Shown one piece after another: positions 27,302-37,838 of a stretch of 64,000 nt of DNA. Below the pieces are notes generated by a model. That model was given only the letters and a program-made list of their open reading frames with translations, ran no database searches and was not told where the DNA came from. How positions within the stretch are numbered: the stretch's first letter is position 1; every line of letters begins with the position of its first letter. The translations under genes and the position numbers were made by a program. The DNA comes from an uncultured Spirochaetota bacterium (GTDB lineage: Bacteria; Spirochaetota; Spirochaetia; SZUA-6; Fen-1364): positions 128,001 to 192,000 of the forward strand of contig CAWJSK010000019.1 in assembly GCA_963845535.1 (NCBI GenBank), read 5' to 3'.

Positions 27302-28471
27302 TTACACGTCAATGAGAAGCCGCCAGGGGTCCTCCACCAGCTCCTTGACCCGGCGCAGGAAGCTTACCGCTTCCTTCCCGTCGATCAGCCGGTGATCATA
27401 GGTGAGCGCCACGTACATCATGGGACGGACGACAACGCTCTCCCCTGCATTTTCCTCGACCACGGGGCGCTTCTGGATGGCGTGCATGCCCAGGATGGCC
27501 GACTGCGGATAGTTCAAAAGCGGAGTGGAAAGCAGGGAACCGAACACTCCGCCGTTGGTGATGGAGAACGAGCCGCCCGCAAGCTCGTCCGGAAGCACTT
27601 TTCGGTCTCGGGCCCGCGAGGCGAGGTCTGCGATGGCTGCCTCCAGGTGCGCAATGCTCAGACGGTCCGCGCCGCGGATCACGGGGACGACGAGCCCGCG
27701 GTCCGTGGAGACCGCCACGCCGATGTCATACGTGCTGAAGTACACGATGTCTTCCCCGTCGATGCGCGCGTTGACCATGGGGAACTCGCTGAGCGCCCGG
27801 CAGGAAGCCTTGACGAAGAACGAGGTGAAACCGAGCTTGACGCCGTGGATCCGCTCGAACTCTTCGCGATAGCGGGCGCGAAGGTCCATGATGTTCTTCA
27901 TGTTCACTTCGTTGAACGTCGAAAGTGACGCGGTGGAGTGCTGCGCTTCCAGGAGCTTCTGAGCGGTCCGCTTCCGAAGTGATGTCATTGGGGTCCGCGT
28001 CGGGGGTTGTCCGTCCCCGGCGATGATGGGTCGCGGGAGCGGGCGGGCCGCCGGCGCGGCGGCGGCCGCCGGAGGCGTGGCGGGAGGGGCCGCGGATGCA
28101 ACCGCCGCGGGCGGGGCAAGGACCGTTGCCGCCTGAGGCGCTGCGGGCTGCGGCGCTGCCTGCTCCCGCACGGGCGCGGCGGCGGCGGCAGCAGGCTGCC
28201 GCGCTGCCGCAGGCTGCTGTGCCGCCGCAGGTTTCCCCTCCGAGTCGATGAAGCCGACCACCTGCCCGATGCTGACCTCGGTTCCCGGTTTCACCGTGAT
28301 GGAGACCACCCCTGTTGCGGGGGCAGGCACCGTCACGTTGGCCTTGTCCGTTTCCAGCTCCAGGAGGTCACCGCCTTCCTCCACAAAGTCGCCCTCCGCT
28401 TTCAGCCAGGAGGATATGATTCCCTGTGTCACGGACTCCCCGACGCTCGGTATTTTGATTTCAAGCTTCAC
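27302..28471 (-). CDS. sucB: 2-oxoglutarate dehydrogenase E2 (dihydrolipoyl succinyltransferase)
   Basis: Lipoyl ETDKA, Ala/Pro linker, catalytic DHRLIDG. Confidence 0.93.
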   Translation of the reverse strand: MKLEIKIPSVGESVTQGIISSWLKAEGDFVEEGGDLLELETDKANVTVPAPATGVVSITVKPGTEVSIGQVVGFIDSEGKPAAAQQPAAARQPAAAAAAPVREQAAPQPAAPQAATVLAPPAAVASAAPPATPPAAAAAPAARPLPRPIIAGDGQPPTRTPMTSLRKRTAQKLLEAQHSTASLSTFNEVNMKNIMDLRARYREEFERIHGVKLGFTSFFVKASCRALSEFPMVNARIDGEDIVYFSTYDIGVAVSTDRGLVVPVIRGADRLSIAHLEAAIADLASRARDRKVLPDELAGGSFSITNGGVFGSLLSTPLLNYPQSAILGMHAIQKRPVVEENAGESVVVRPMMYVALTYDHRLIDGKEAVSFLRRVKELVEDPWRLLIDV

Positions 28472-28495
28472 TTCTTCACCCCCGACTGCCCCCGG

Positions 28496-31390
28496 TCATT
28501 TCGCAAGGTTTCGCTCTTTTCCGGACGGCCGTCTGCCGCCGTTCTCCTTGGCAGGGGCTTTGTCGCCGCCGTTGCGCGAGCGCGCCGCCGGCTGTAGCGT
28601 CTGCGCGGCGGCCCTTGACGCCAGCCCTTTGCTCCCGAGCGCTTCCTGCAGTATCTCCTCCTGCTCCCGCGTGTGGACCTGGTGTGACCCCGTGGCGGGG
28701 CTCGCCGCCTCATCCCTTCCCACGTAAGCCAGGGACGCGCCGGGCAGCTCCTGGGAGAACCTTTCCTTCATGAACATCCATGCGCCCCGGTTGCGGGGTT
28801 CCTCCTGGACCCAGATCCGCTCACGCGCGGAGCGGTAACTCTCCAGGACTTCCGCGAGATGGCGCGCCGGGAATGGATAGAGCTGTTCCACCCGCACGAT
28901 GGCCGCCGAGGAGTCCCCGCTGTCTTCCCGCGCCTTGAGCAGGTCATAAAAGATTTTTCCGCTGCACAGGAGGAGCCGCCGCGGCTTCGCCGGACGCGAG
29001 GGGTCGTCCAGCACTTCCCGAAACTCCCCCCGCGAGAGGTCGGAAAGAGGAGAAAGCGCCCTCGGATGACGCAGCAGACTCTTGGGGGTCATGACGATCA
29101 GCGGCTTTCGGAAGCTGCGTTTGATCTGGCGGCGCAGAAGGTGGAAGTACTGGGCCGGAGTGGTGCAGTTGCAGACCTGGATGTTGTTCCGCGCGCACAG
29201 CATGAGAAAACGCTCCAGGTGCGCGCTGGAGTGCTCGGGCCCCTGGCCTTCGAAGCCGTGGGGGAGAAGGAGGACGATTCCGCTGATGGTGCCCCATTTG
29301 GCTTCCCCCGCGGCAACGTAGTTGTCGATGATGACCTGGCCGCCGTTGGAGAAATCCCCGTACTGCGCCTCCCACATCACGAGGGACCGGGGCTGGCCCA
29401 GCGCGTGGCCGTATTCGAACCCGAGGATCGAATACTCGGAAAGGGGGCTGTCGTAGACCGAGAACCGCCCCTGATCCGGGGAGAGGTTCGCAAGCGGGGT
29501 GTAGGGCTGCGGCACCAGGGTCTCCGTATCCCACCACACGAGGTGGCGCTGGGAGAACGTTCCCCGTGCGCTGTCCTGGCCGCTCAACCGGACAGGAATG
29601 CCTTCCCGGAGCAAGGACCCGAACGCAAGGGACTCCGCGAACGCCCAGTCCACCGTCCCGTCCCTGGTGAGACGAGCGGCTTTTTCATCGATGATCCTTT
29701 TCAGCTTTTGGTGGACGTGAAAGCCGGGCGGAACGGCTGTGAGCTTTTCCGCCATGGATCTCAGGACCTCCTCCGTCGGAGCGGCAACGTGTTCCCCCCA
29801 CTCCCAGGCGTTGGGCTCGCGGGTAAGCACGGGCCCCTCCACCTCCACGGTGCGCGCTTCCTGGAGCGCCTTTTTCAAGGAATCACGAAACTCCGTCCTT
29901 CGCCGTTCCGTCTCTTCCTTTGTCACGATGCCCTGGGCAATCAGGCGCTCCGCGTAGAGGACCGGCTGGCTCTTCTTCCGCTCGATGATCTTGTACATCA
30001 GGGGATGGGTGAACGACGGGTCATCCCCTTCGTTATGGCCGTATTTGCGGTAGCAGAAGATGTCCACCACGACGTCGCGGCCGAAGGTCTGGCGGAACCG
30101 CACGGCAAGGTCGATGGTGTACGCCACCGCCTCCGGATCGTCCCCGTTCACGTGGAACACGGGAACGGAAAGCATCTTCGCGACGTCAGTGGGGAAGAAC
30201 GTGGACCGCGCGTCCCGAGCGGAGGTGGTGAAGCCGATCTGGTTGTTGATGATGACGTGGATGGTGCCGCCCGTCTTGTAGCCGCGCAGCGTGGACAGGT
30301 TGAACGTTTCCTCCACGATCCCCTGGCCCGAAAAGGCCGCGTCTCCGTGGAGAATGAGCGGGACGATCTGCTTGCGCTCCACGTCCCCCCGCTCCCTCTG
30401 CACCGCCCGGGCCATCCCTTCTACAACGGGACCAACCGACTCGAGGTGGCTCGGGTTGGCCACCAGGTTCACGCGCACGGAGCGGCCGTCCGGATGCGAA
30501 TGCTCCGTCTGGAACCCGAGATGGTAGCGAACGTCCCCGCTGGAGCTGAAGTCACCGGGGTCCTCGATTCCCTCGAACTCGCGGAAAAGCTCCACCGGGG
30601 GCTTGTTGAGGATCCGGTTCAGCACCGTGAGCCTCCCCCGGTGAGTCATTCCCATGATGATCTCACGGATCCCGTTGTCAGGGGCGCCGTCAACGAGGTG
30701 GTGGAGCGCCGGGATGACGGATTCCGCGCCTTCCAGGGAGAATCGCTTCTGCCCTATGAAAGCCGTGTGCATGAAATGCTCGAACTCCTCCGCGGTGAGC
30801 AGGTCATCCAGGATGGCCTTCTTCTTCTCCCGGTCGAAAGACGGCTTGTTGCGGGAGGACTCCATTTCCTGGATGAGCCAGCGGCGGATGGGCTTATTCT
30901 GGATATGGAGGAACTCGACTGCCACGGTGGAGCAGTACGTCTCCCGAAGCGCTCGAATGATGTCCGCAAGCTTCATCTTGGAGCGGGAAAAGACGCTTCC
31001 CGCCCAGAACTCGCTCTCCAGGTCGCTTTCCGACAGGCCGAACTCCGTCAGAGTGAGCTGCTCATAGGTATGGGCGGGCTCCGCGTAGTAGTTCTTCTGC
31101 TCGCCTTCCGCGGGAGCAAGGGGATTCAAGTGCGCATACAGATAGCCGACGTCACGGTACCCCCAGAGGAGGCTGTCCACCCTGCTTTGCTTGAACGCCA
31201 TGTCGGTGGGGAGGGCGCCTTCGCTTGCAACCGCGCCTCCCCGCCTTTTCAGCGCTATGTGACTGTTCTCCTGGTCCTGGAAGAACTCGTTCCACTGTGG
31301 CTCGACGGAGCTCGGGTCCGAGAGCCATCGCTCGTGAAGTTCCTCGATCCAGGGGACATCTACGGAAGAAAGAATGGAGGAGTCAGTCAT
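28496..31390 (-). CDS. sucA: 2-oxoglutarate dehydrogenase E1
   Basis: KRFSLEG, NPSHLE, HGDAAFSGQG, GPEHSSA, SPATG. Confidence 0.96.
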   Translation of the reverse strand: MTDSSILSSVDVPWIEELHERWLSDPSSVEPQWNEFFQDQENSHIALKRRGGAVASEGALPTDMAFKQSRVDSLLWGYRDVGYLYAHLNPLAPAEGEQKNYYAEPAHTYEQLTLTEFGLSESDLESEFWAGSVFSRSKMKLADIIRALRETYCSTVAVEFLHIQNKPIRRWLIQEMESSRNKPSFDREKKKAILDDLLTAEEFEHFMHTAFIGQKRFSLEGAESVIPALHHLVDGAPDNGIREIIMGMTHRGRLTVLNRILNKPPVELFREFEGIEDPGDFSSSGDVRYHLGFQTEHSHPDGRSVRVNLVANPSHLESVGPVVEGMARAVQRERGDVERKQIVPLILHGDAAFSGQGIVEETFNLSTLRGYKTGGTIHVIINNQIGFTTSARDARSTFFPTDVAKMLSVPVFHVNGDDPEAVAYTIDLAVRFRQTFGRDVVVDIFCYRKYGHNEGDDPSFTHPLMYKIIERKKSQPVLYAERLIAQGIVTKEETERRRTEFRDSLKKALQEARTVEVEGPVLTREPNAWEWGEHVAAPTEEVLRSMAEKLTAVPPGFHVHQKLKRIIDEKAARLTRDGTVDWAFAESLAFGSLLREGIPVRLSGQDSARGTFSQRHLVWWDTETLVPQPYTPLANLSPDQGRFSVYDSPLSEYSILGFEYGHALGQPRSLVMWEAQYGDFSNGGQVIIDNYVAAGEAKWGTISGIVLLLPHGFEGQGPEHSSAHLERFLMLCARNNIQVCNCTTPAQYFHLLRRQIKRSFRKPLIVMTPKSLLRHPRALSPLSDLSRGEFREVLDDPSRPAKPRRLLLCSGKIFYDLLKAREDSGDSSAAIVRVEQLYPFPARHLAEVLESYRSARERIWVQEEPRNRGAWMFMKERFSQELPGASLAYVGRDEAASPATGSHQVHTREQEEILQEALGSKGLASRAAAQTLQPAARSRNGGDKAPAKENGGRRPSGKERNLAK

Positions 31391-31409
31391 ATCTCACACC
31401 TCGTGGGCA

Positions 31410-32309
31410 TCAGGAGCGCCCGTGCCTCCCCGTGGCCTGAACCGGCAATCGGGAGGAGAGGAGGCCAGGGACCTCGTCGGGGCGGTCCGCCACGGGGACC
31501 CCCGCGTCTCGGAGGGCGGCAACCTTTGCCTCCGCCCCGCCCTTTCCGCCCGAAATGATGGCCCCTGCATGTCCCATCCTCTTTTCCGGCGGCGCGGTGC
31601 GGCCGGAAATGAAGGAAACGACGGGTTTTTTCATGGATGTTGAAATATACTCAGCCGCCCGTTCCTCGTCATTCCCGCCGATTTCACCGATCAGGGCAAC
31701 GCCTGTGGTCTGCGGGTCCGCCTCGAAGAGGGCGAGGAGATCCACGAAGTTCGTGCCAATGACGGGGTCCCCGCCGACGCCAATGCACGTGGACTGGCCC
31801 AGGCCCCCGCGCGTCAGGGCCCATACCACCTCGTAGGTCAGCGTCCCGCTTCGTGAGATCACGCCGATGCCGCCCGGCGTGTGGATGCGGCCGGGCATGA
31901 TGCCCACCTTGGCGGCGCCCGGGGAGATGAGCCCCGGGCAGTTAGGGCCAATGAGCCGGCACCCGCGCTCCTGGAGGTACTGCGTGTCGCGGATCATGTC
32001 CAGCACCGGAATGCCTTCCGTGATGCAGATGATGAGCGGTATCCCGGCGTCCGCGGCTTCCCGCAGCGCGGCGCTTGCAAAACGGGCAGGCACGAAGATC
32101 ACCGTGCAGTTTGCGCCTGTCTCATGGACCGCGTCGGTAACGGTGTTGAAAACCGGGATGCCGTCGACGTTCTCACCGCCTTTTCCGGGAGTTACTCCGC
32201 CCACGACCTTCGTGCCGTATTCCCGCATGGACCTGGCGTGAAAGGAACCGTCCCGGCCCGTGATGCCCTGGACGATGACGCGCGTCTCAGCGTTCAAAAG
32301 TATGCTCAT
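31410..32309 (-). CDS. sucD: Succinyl-CoA synthetase alpha subunit
   Basis: [27 protein letters not shown]. Confidence 0.96.
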   Translation of the reverse strand: MSILLNAETRVIVQGITGRDGSFHARSMREYGTKVVGGVTPGKGGENVDGIPVFNTVTDAVHETGANCTVIFVPARFASAALREAADAGIPLIICITEGIPVLDMIRDTQYLQERGCRLIGPNCPGLISPGAAKVGIMPGRIHTPGGIGVISRSGTLTYEVVWALTRGGLGQSTCIGVGGDPVIGTNFVDLLALFEADPQTTGVALIGEIGGNDEERAAEYISTSMKKPVVSFISGRTAPPEKRMGHAGAIISGGKGGAEAKVAALRDAGVPVADRPDEVPGLLSSRLPVQATGRHGRS

Positions 32310-33451
32310 GTGTTGTTTCCCTTTCCGCCGGCCTTGGCCACGACGCCTTTGACGGCATCCGTCAGGTCCTCGTAGGCGTCTATCCCCGCTCCCTTGAGGA
32401 TGGCCCGGCCTTCCGCCTCGTTCGTCCCGATCAAGCGGATCACGAGCGGCACCGGGATGGAGAGCTGCTCACGCGCCATCAGTATCCCGCGGGCAATATC
32501 GTCGCAGCGGGTGATGCCGCCGAAGATGTTGATCAGGATGGCGGCAAGGCCGCGATGCTTCAGGATGATCCGCAGGGCGTTCAGCACCTTTTCAGGGTTC
32601 GAGCTTCCCCCGACGTCCAGGAAGTTCGCCGGGCTGCCGCCAAAGTACTTGATGAGGTCCATGGTGGCCATGGAAAGACCGGCCCCGTTGACGATGCACC
32701 CGATGGTGCCGTCCAGGCCCACGTAGGAAAGCCCGTTGGTGCGCGCGTCCATCTCGTCAGCGCCGTACTCCTCGGGGCTGCGGAGGTTCTCCAGCTCAGG
32801 GTGACGGAACAGCGCGTTGTCGTCGAAAATCACCTTCGCGTCCGCCGCAATCAGCTTCCCGGAGGAGGTTTTTGCGCACGGGTTGATCTCCACGAGGGAG
32901 CAGTCTTTCTCCGAGAAAAGCCGGTACATCCCCTGGAGGATGGCCCACGCCTGCTCGGACAAATCCTTCCCGAAGGCGCGGGCAAGCTCCGCCATGGTGG
33001 TGGCGCGAACCGGGCCGTTGGCCGGATCCAGCGGAAACCGGATGATCCGCTCGGGCTGCGTGGCGGCAATCTCCTCGATGTCCATGCCGCCGGATGCGCT
33101 TGCGATGCATTGCACTGTCTTGCCCGCCCTGTCCACGGCGAGGCTGACGTAGAACTCAGACGCTATGTCCACCGCGGCCGCTATCAGGACGCGCTGGACC
33201 TCGATCCCCTTGATGTGCATGCCAAGGATGTCGCGCGCCTTCGCTTCCGCTTCTTCGGGGGTCTTTGCCATCTTCACGCCGCCCGCCTTGCCGCGGCCTC
33301 CTACAAGGACTTGCGCCTTTACCATCACGGGACACCCCATGGAGGCCGCAATTGCGCGCGCCTCCTGCGGCGTGGATGCGGGCCTGCCTTCAGGAACCGG
33401 GATCCCGTATTCCTTGAGGAACCCCTTGGCCTGGAACTCGTGCAGCTTCAT
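32306..33451 (-). CDS. sucC: Succinyl-CoA synthetase beta subunit
   Basis: [36 protein letters not shown]. Confidence 0.96.
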   Translation of the reverse strand: MKLHEFQAKGFLKEYGIPVPEGRPASTPQEARAIAASMGCPVMVKAQVLVGGRGKAGGVKMAKTPEEAEAKARDILGMHIKGIEVQRVLIAAAVDIASEFYVSLAVDRAGKTVQCIASASGGMDIEEIAATQPERIIRFPLDPANGPVRATTMAELARAFGKDLSEQAWAILQGMYRLFSEKDCSLVEINPCAKTSSGKLIAADAKVIFDDNALFRHPELENLRSPEEYGADEMDARTNGLSYVGLDGTIGCIVNGAGLSMATMDLIKYFGGSPANFLDVGGSSNPEKVLNALRIILKHRGLAAILINIFGGITRCDDIARGILMAREQLSIPVPLVIRLIGTNEAEGRAILKGAGIDAYEDLTDAVKGVVAKAGGKGNNT

Positions 33452-34170
33452 GAGCTTCCTTCCTTGAGCTTTGTCATTGCCCTTTTTATCGAGTTGATGT
33501 TTTTCGTGATCTTGATCCCCCGAGGGCAGACACGGGTGCAGTTGAAGTGGTTGTCACACGCCCAGGCGCCGTCCGCGCCGTCCAGTACGCCCATCCTCTG
33601 CGGGAAGCCGCGGTCACGGGAGTCGAAGACGAACCGCGCGGCCTGGACCAGGGCAGCCGGACCAGCGTACGCGTTCCTGTCTTCGAGAACGGGACAGGAG
33701 GAGTAGCATGCTCCGCAGAGGATGCAGCTCGTGGCGTCATCAAAGGCGGCGCGCTCCGCCTGGCTCTGGATGCGCTCCCTGCCGTCCGTCACCGGATCAT
33801 CGTTGATCAGGAACGGCTTCACGGACTTGAACTTGGTGAAGAATGCGTCCTGGTCCACCATGAGGTCCCGCTGGACGGGAAGCCAGCGCAAGGGCTGGAC
33901 GGTCACGATGGCGCCGTCATCCGCCGCAACGTCGCGCACAAGGGTCTTGCAGGCAAGCCGCTCGACTCCGGAGATGATCATGGCATCCGACCCGCACACC
34001 CCGTGAGCGCAGCTCCTCCGAAACGAAAGACTTCCGTCCTGCTCCTCTTTGACTTTGATCAGGGCGTCAAGGAGCCGGTCCGTGGGCTCGACCTCGACGG
34101 GGTAATCCACGTCCCGGGGAGGCTCGCCGGTCCATGGATCGAATCTTCTGATCCTCAACGTGATTTTCAT
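33448..34170 (-). CDS. sdhB: Succinate dehydrogenase iron-sulfur subunit
   Basis: SCAHGVCGSD, CILCGACYSSCP, CDNHFNCTRVCP. Confidence 0.94.
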   Translation of the reverse strand: MKITLRIRRFDPWTGEPPRDVDYPVEVEPTDRLLDALIKVKEEQDGSLSFRRSCAHGVCGSDAMIISGVERLACKTLVRDVAADDGAIVTVQPLRWLPVQRDLMVDQDAFFTKFKSVKPFLINDDPVTDGRERIQSQAERAAFDDATSCILCGACYSSCPVLEDRNAYAGPAALVQAARFVFDSRDRGFPQRMGVLDGADGAWACDNHFNCTRVCPRGIKITKNINSIKRAMTKLKEGSS

Positions 34171-35904
34171 TCAATAAACCCTCGGCTTGGGCGCCCAGCG
34201 GGACACGTCCACGGGGCGCGACCCCATGACGGCCTCTTTCTCACCGAGCCAGGCAAGGCTGTGCTTCAGCCACCGCGCGTCATCCCGGGCCGGGAAGTCG
34301 TCCCGCGCGTGCGCGCCGCGGCTCTCCGTCCTTGCGCGCGCCGCGGTTGCCGTGAGGTACGCCAGGTCCACGAGGTTGCCCAACTCGAGGAGGCCTAAGA
34401 GCTCGGTATTGAAGCGCGCGCTTCTGTCCTGCACCCGTATTTCGACCATGCGCCCGCGCAGCTCCCGCATTTTTGCCGCGGCGAGGCAAAGGTTCTGCTC
34501 GTTGCGAAAGACTCCGACTTTCTCCATCATCACGGCCTCCATTTCCTCCCGCACGAGCCTTCCGTTCGGACCGCGGCCCTCCGTGGCGCGCGCCACCATG
34601 GCGCGCGCCGGCTCGGCCGCATCCTTGGCAAGCGGCCCGTAGCCCGCGGCTCTCACGAAGCCCGCCATGTGCTGCCCGGCGCGCCTGCCGAAAACGACGA
34701 GGTCCACGAGGCTGTTCGTTCCGAGCCTGTTGGCGCCGTGCACGGAGACACAGGCGCATTCTCCCGCGGCGTAGAGTCCTTCGTACAGGTTCCCCGATTC
34801 GTCCGCAATCACTCTCCCTTCAATGTCCGTCGGAATCCCCCCCATCGCATAGTGGGCGGTGGGTTGGATGGGAATGGGAGCCTCAGCCGGGTCGATGCCG
34901 AGGTACGTGCGGCTGAAGCCCGTGATGTCAGGCAGCTTTTTCTCCAGCACCTCCCGGCCGAGCTTCGTGGCGTCCAGCAGCACCCAGTCATCGATCCGCC
35001 CGTCTCCCCGCATGCCGTTTCCGGAGGCGATCTCCGTGAGGATTGCGCGCGAGATCATGTCTCGCGGGGCGAGGTCCAGCAGACCGGGGGCGTAGCGCTC
35101 CATGAAACGCTCCCCTTTCCTGTTCCTGAGGACGCCCCCCTCTCCCCGGACTCCCTCGGTGATGAGGATGCCCATCCCCTTGATCCCGGTGGGATGGAAC
35201 TGGAAGAACTCCATATCTTGGAGAGGCACGCCGCGGCGCGCCAGCACCGCGGGGCCGTCACCGGTGTTCGCGTGGGCGTTGGAGGTGACGCGGAACATCC
35301 GCCCAAACCCGCCCGTGGCAAAAAGGACGGCCTTGGCCCGGAACGTGTGGATTTCCCCCGTGGCAAGCTCCAGCGCAACCGCGCCGCAGCACCTGCGGCC
35401 GTCGAAGATCACGTCCAGCACGTGGAGCTCATTGTAGAACTCCACGCCGTTCTTGACGCACTGCTGGTACAACGTCTGCAGGATCATGTGCCCGGTTCGG
35501 TCCGCGGCGTAGCAGGAGCGGCGCACCGGACCTTCCCCGAAGTTGCGGGTGTGGCCCCCGAAGCGCCTCTGGTCGATCCTGCCTTCCGGGGTGCGGCTGA
35601 AGGGAAGCCCCCGGTTTTCCAGGTCGTAGACGGCGCGCACGGCGTCCTCCGCCAGGAGCACCGCCGCGGCCTGGTCCACGAGGTAATCTCCGCCTTTCAC
35701 GGTGTCGAAGGCGTGCCACTCCGGCTTGTCCTCCTCCACGTTTCCCAAGGCTGCCCCAATGCCTCCCTGGGCGGCTCCCGTGTGGCTCCTCATGGGGTGA
35801 ACTTTGGAGAGCACGGCAGTTCTGGCCGCCGCGCTCGCCTCCAGCGCCGCATAGAGGCCCGCTCCTCCCGCGCCGACAATCAAAGCGTCGAACTCGTGGA
35901 CCAT
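34171..35904 (-). CDS. sdhA: Succinate dehydrogenase flavoprotein subunit
   Basis: [32 protein letters not shown]. Confidence 0.95.
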   Translation of the reverse strand: MVHEFDALIVGAGGAGLYAALEASAAARTAVLSKVHPMRSHTGAAQGGIGAALGNVEEDKPEWHAFDTVKGGDYLVDQAAAVLLAEDAVRAVYDLENRGLPFSRTPEGRIDQRRFGGHTRNFGEGPVRRSCYAADRTGHMILQTLYQQCVKNGVEFYNELHVLDVIFDGRRCCGAVALELATGEIHTFRAKAVLFATGGFGRMFRVTSNAHANTGDGPAVLARRGVPLQDMEFFQFHPTGIKGMGILITEGVRGEGGVLRNRKGERFMERYAPGLLDLAPRDMISRAILTEIASGNGMRGDGRIDDWVLLDATKLGREVLEKKLPDITGFSRTYLGIDPAEAPIPIQPTAHYAMGGIPTDIEGRVIADESGNLYEGLYAAGECACVSVHGANRLGTNSLVDLVVFGRRAGQHMAGFVRAAGYGPLAKDAAEPARAMVARATEGRGPNGRLVREEMEAVMMEKVGVFRNEQNLCLAAAKMRELRGRMVEIRVQDRSARFNTELLGLLELGNLVDLAYLTATAARARTESRGAHARDDFPARDDARWLKHSLAWLGEKEAVMGSRPVDVSRWAPKPRVY

Positions 35905-35929
35905 AGGGCCTCCTTGACTTGCATGCATA

Positions 35930-36853
35930 CTATAAACTTTCAAGCTCACGGACGGCCCTGCGCACGGATTCCGCAGAGGCTTCGAGAGATTTTTTCTCCG
36001 TCTCCGTCAAGGGGAGCTCCAGGATCCGCTCAACGCCGTTCCTTCCGAGGATAACGGGGACGCCGAGGAAAACATCCTTGAAGCCGTATTGGCCCCGCAG
36101 GTAGACAGAAGCCGGAATCAGGCGCTTTTCATCCTTGATAACGGCCTCCACCATCTTGGCGATGGAAGCCCCGGGCGCATAGAAGGCGCTTCCCGTCTTC
36201 AAGAGGCCGACGATTTCCGCGCCGCCCGTGCGCGTCCTGCCCACAAGTGACTCGATGGAGGTGGAATCCAGAAGCTGGGAGATGGGGATGCCGCCGACGG
36301 AGGTGAAGCTCGTAAGCGGCACCATGTCGTCCCCATGCCCGCCCAGCACCATCGCCTGAACGTCCCCCGGCCAGACCCCGAGGCGCTCGGCGATGAACCA
36401 TCGGAACCTCGTGGAGTCCAGCACCCCGGCCATCCCGATCACTTTCGAGAGCGCGAAGCCCGTCTCCCGAAGGACTGCCATGGCAATGACATCCAGCGGG
36501 TTGGTGACGACGATGACCACGGCGTTGGGGGCGCGAAGAGCGATCTCCCGCGCAGCCTGCCGGGCAATGCCGACGTTCGTGCGGAGAAGGTCCATGCGGT
36601 CCATCCCGGGCTTGCGCGCAATGCCGGCGGTGATGACCACCACGTCACTGCCCGCCATCTCCGCGAAGTCCGTGGTGCCACGGATGCCGACCTCGTAGCC
36701 GCGAAGAGGCGCGGCGTGGAGGAAGTCCATGGCTTTGCTTTGCGCAAGGCCATCCACGACGTCCACCATGACGATGTCGGCGATATTCTTTTCCGCGATG
36801 TAGTAGACGGCCTTGGCTCCGACGTTGCCCGCTCCAATCACGGTTACTTTCAT
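35930..36853 (-). CDS. mdh: Malate dehydrogenase (LDH-like, canonical)
   Basis: [35 protein letters not shown]. Confidence 0.93.
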   Translation of the reverse strand: MKVTVIGAGNVGAKAVYYIAEKNIADIVMVDVVDGLAQSKAMDFLHAAPLRGYEVGIRGTTDFAEMAGSDVVVITAGIARKPGMDRMDLLRTNVGIARQAAREIALRAPNAVVIVVTNPLDVIAMAVLRETGFALSKVIGMAGVLDSTRFRWFIAERLGVWPGDVQAMVLGGHGDDMVPLTSFTSVGGIPISQLLDSTSIESLVGRTRTGGAEIVGLLKTGSAFYAPGASIAKMVEAVIKDEKRLIPASVYLRGQYGFKDVFLGVPVILGRNGVERILELPLTETEKKSLEASAESVRRAVRELESL

Positions 36854-37773
36854 GCTGCGGCTCCCTTCACCACGGAGGCAATCAGCCTGGCGGACTGGGC
36901 AAGCGTCTCCTTTTCTTCCTTTGTAAGCTCGGGAGTGAGAATCTTCGTCACGCCCTTCTCACCGATGATTGCAGGCACGCTCAGCGCGGCGTCCTTGATT
37001 CCGTATTCGCCCTCGAGCATGAGGGATACCGGCAGGATCCGCGAGAGGTTCATGTGCACCGCATCAGCCAGCTCCGCAATGGCAGCTGACGGCGCATAAT
37101 ACGCGCTCGATCTTTTTGCCAGCTCCACTACCAGGTCCCCGGCGCTTCGCGTCTCCGAGACAATGGCCTGGATTCGATCTGCGGGGAGAAGCTCCGTGAC
37201 GGGGATCCCGGAGACGCTCGAGTAGCGGGGCAGGCACAGCATGTCGTCCGAATGCCTGCCAATCACCATGGCTGACACGATCTCCATGGACACACCCAGC
37301 TCCCGGGCAATCAGCGCGCGCAGGCGCATGGAATCCAGGATCCCGCCCAGCCCCAGCACGCGGGTGCGCGGCATGCCCGAGCGGAGAGTGAACAGCGCGG
37401 TGAGTGAATCCACCGGTTCGGTGGCCACCACTACCACGGCCTCGGGGGCAAGCCGGGCCACCTCCGGCGCCAGCGCCCGGATCAGGGGCGCGTTCTCACT
37501 GTAGAGGTCTTCACGGCGCATGCCCGGGGATCGGATTCCGCCCGCGGCAATGACCACCATCTGGGACCCGGCAACGTCGGAAAGGGAATCAGAGCCGACA
37601 AGGGAGTTGCGGTATCTCCTGATGGGCGCGGCTTCCATGATGTCCAGGGCCTTGCCGCGGGAAAGGCCCTGCTTGACGTCGATGAGGAGAACGTCCGTGA
37701 CGCCCTTTTCAGCGATGAAGAATGCAGCGTTGGCCCCAACGTTCCCGCTCCCAATGATGCTCACTCGGCCCAT
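36850..37773 (-). CDS. Second, divergent LDH-like malate dehydrogenase paralog
   Basis: GSGNVG, GIRSPGMRREDL, ATEPVD, LDSMR, GRHSD. Confidence 0.85.
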   Translation of the reverse strand: MGRVSIIGSGNVGANAAFFIAEKGVTDVLLIDVKQGLSRGKALDIMEAAPIRRYRNSLVGSDSLSDVAGSQMVVIAAGGIRSPGMRREDLYSENAPLIRALAPEVARLAPEAVVVVATEPVDSLTALFTLRSGMPRTRVLGLGGILDSMRLRALIARELGVSMEIVSAMVIGRHSDDMLCLPRYSSVSGIPVTELLPADRIQAIVSETRSAGDLVVELAKRSSAYYAPSAAIAELADAVHMNLSRILPVSLMLEGEYGIKDAALSVPAIIGEKGVTKILTPELTKEEKETLAQSARLIASVVKGAAA

Positions 37774-37838
37774 CTTCAACCTCCATCAATGAGCCAGACC
37801 CCGTCAGGGGCCGGCGTTCACTTTCGACTAGGAAACTT

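Noticed and set aside
28859..31558. Long antisense ORFs (e.g. 28859-31558, 3197-5524, 41689-43668, 59746-61779)
   Set aside because: Shadow ORFs opposite well-conserved genes, expected from high-GC codon bias; no recognisable motifs
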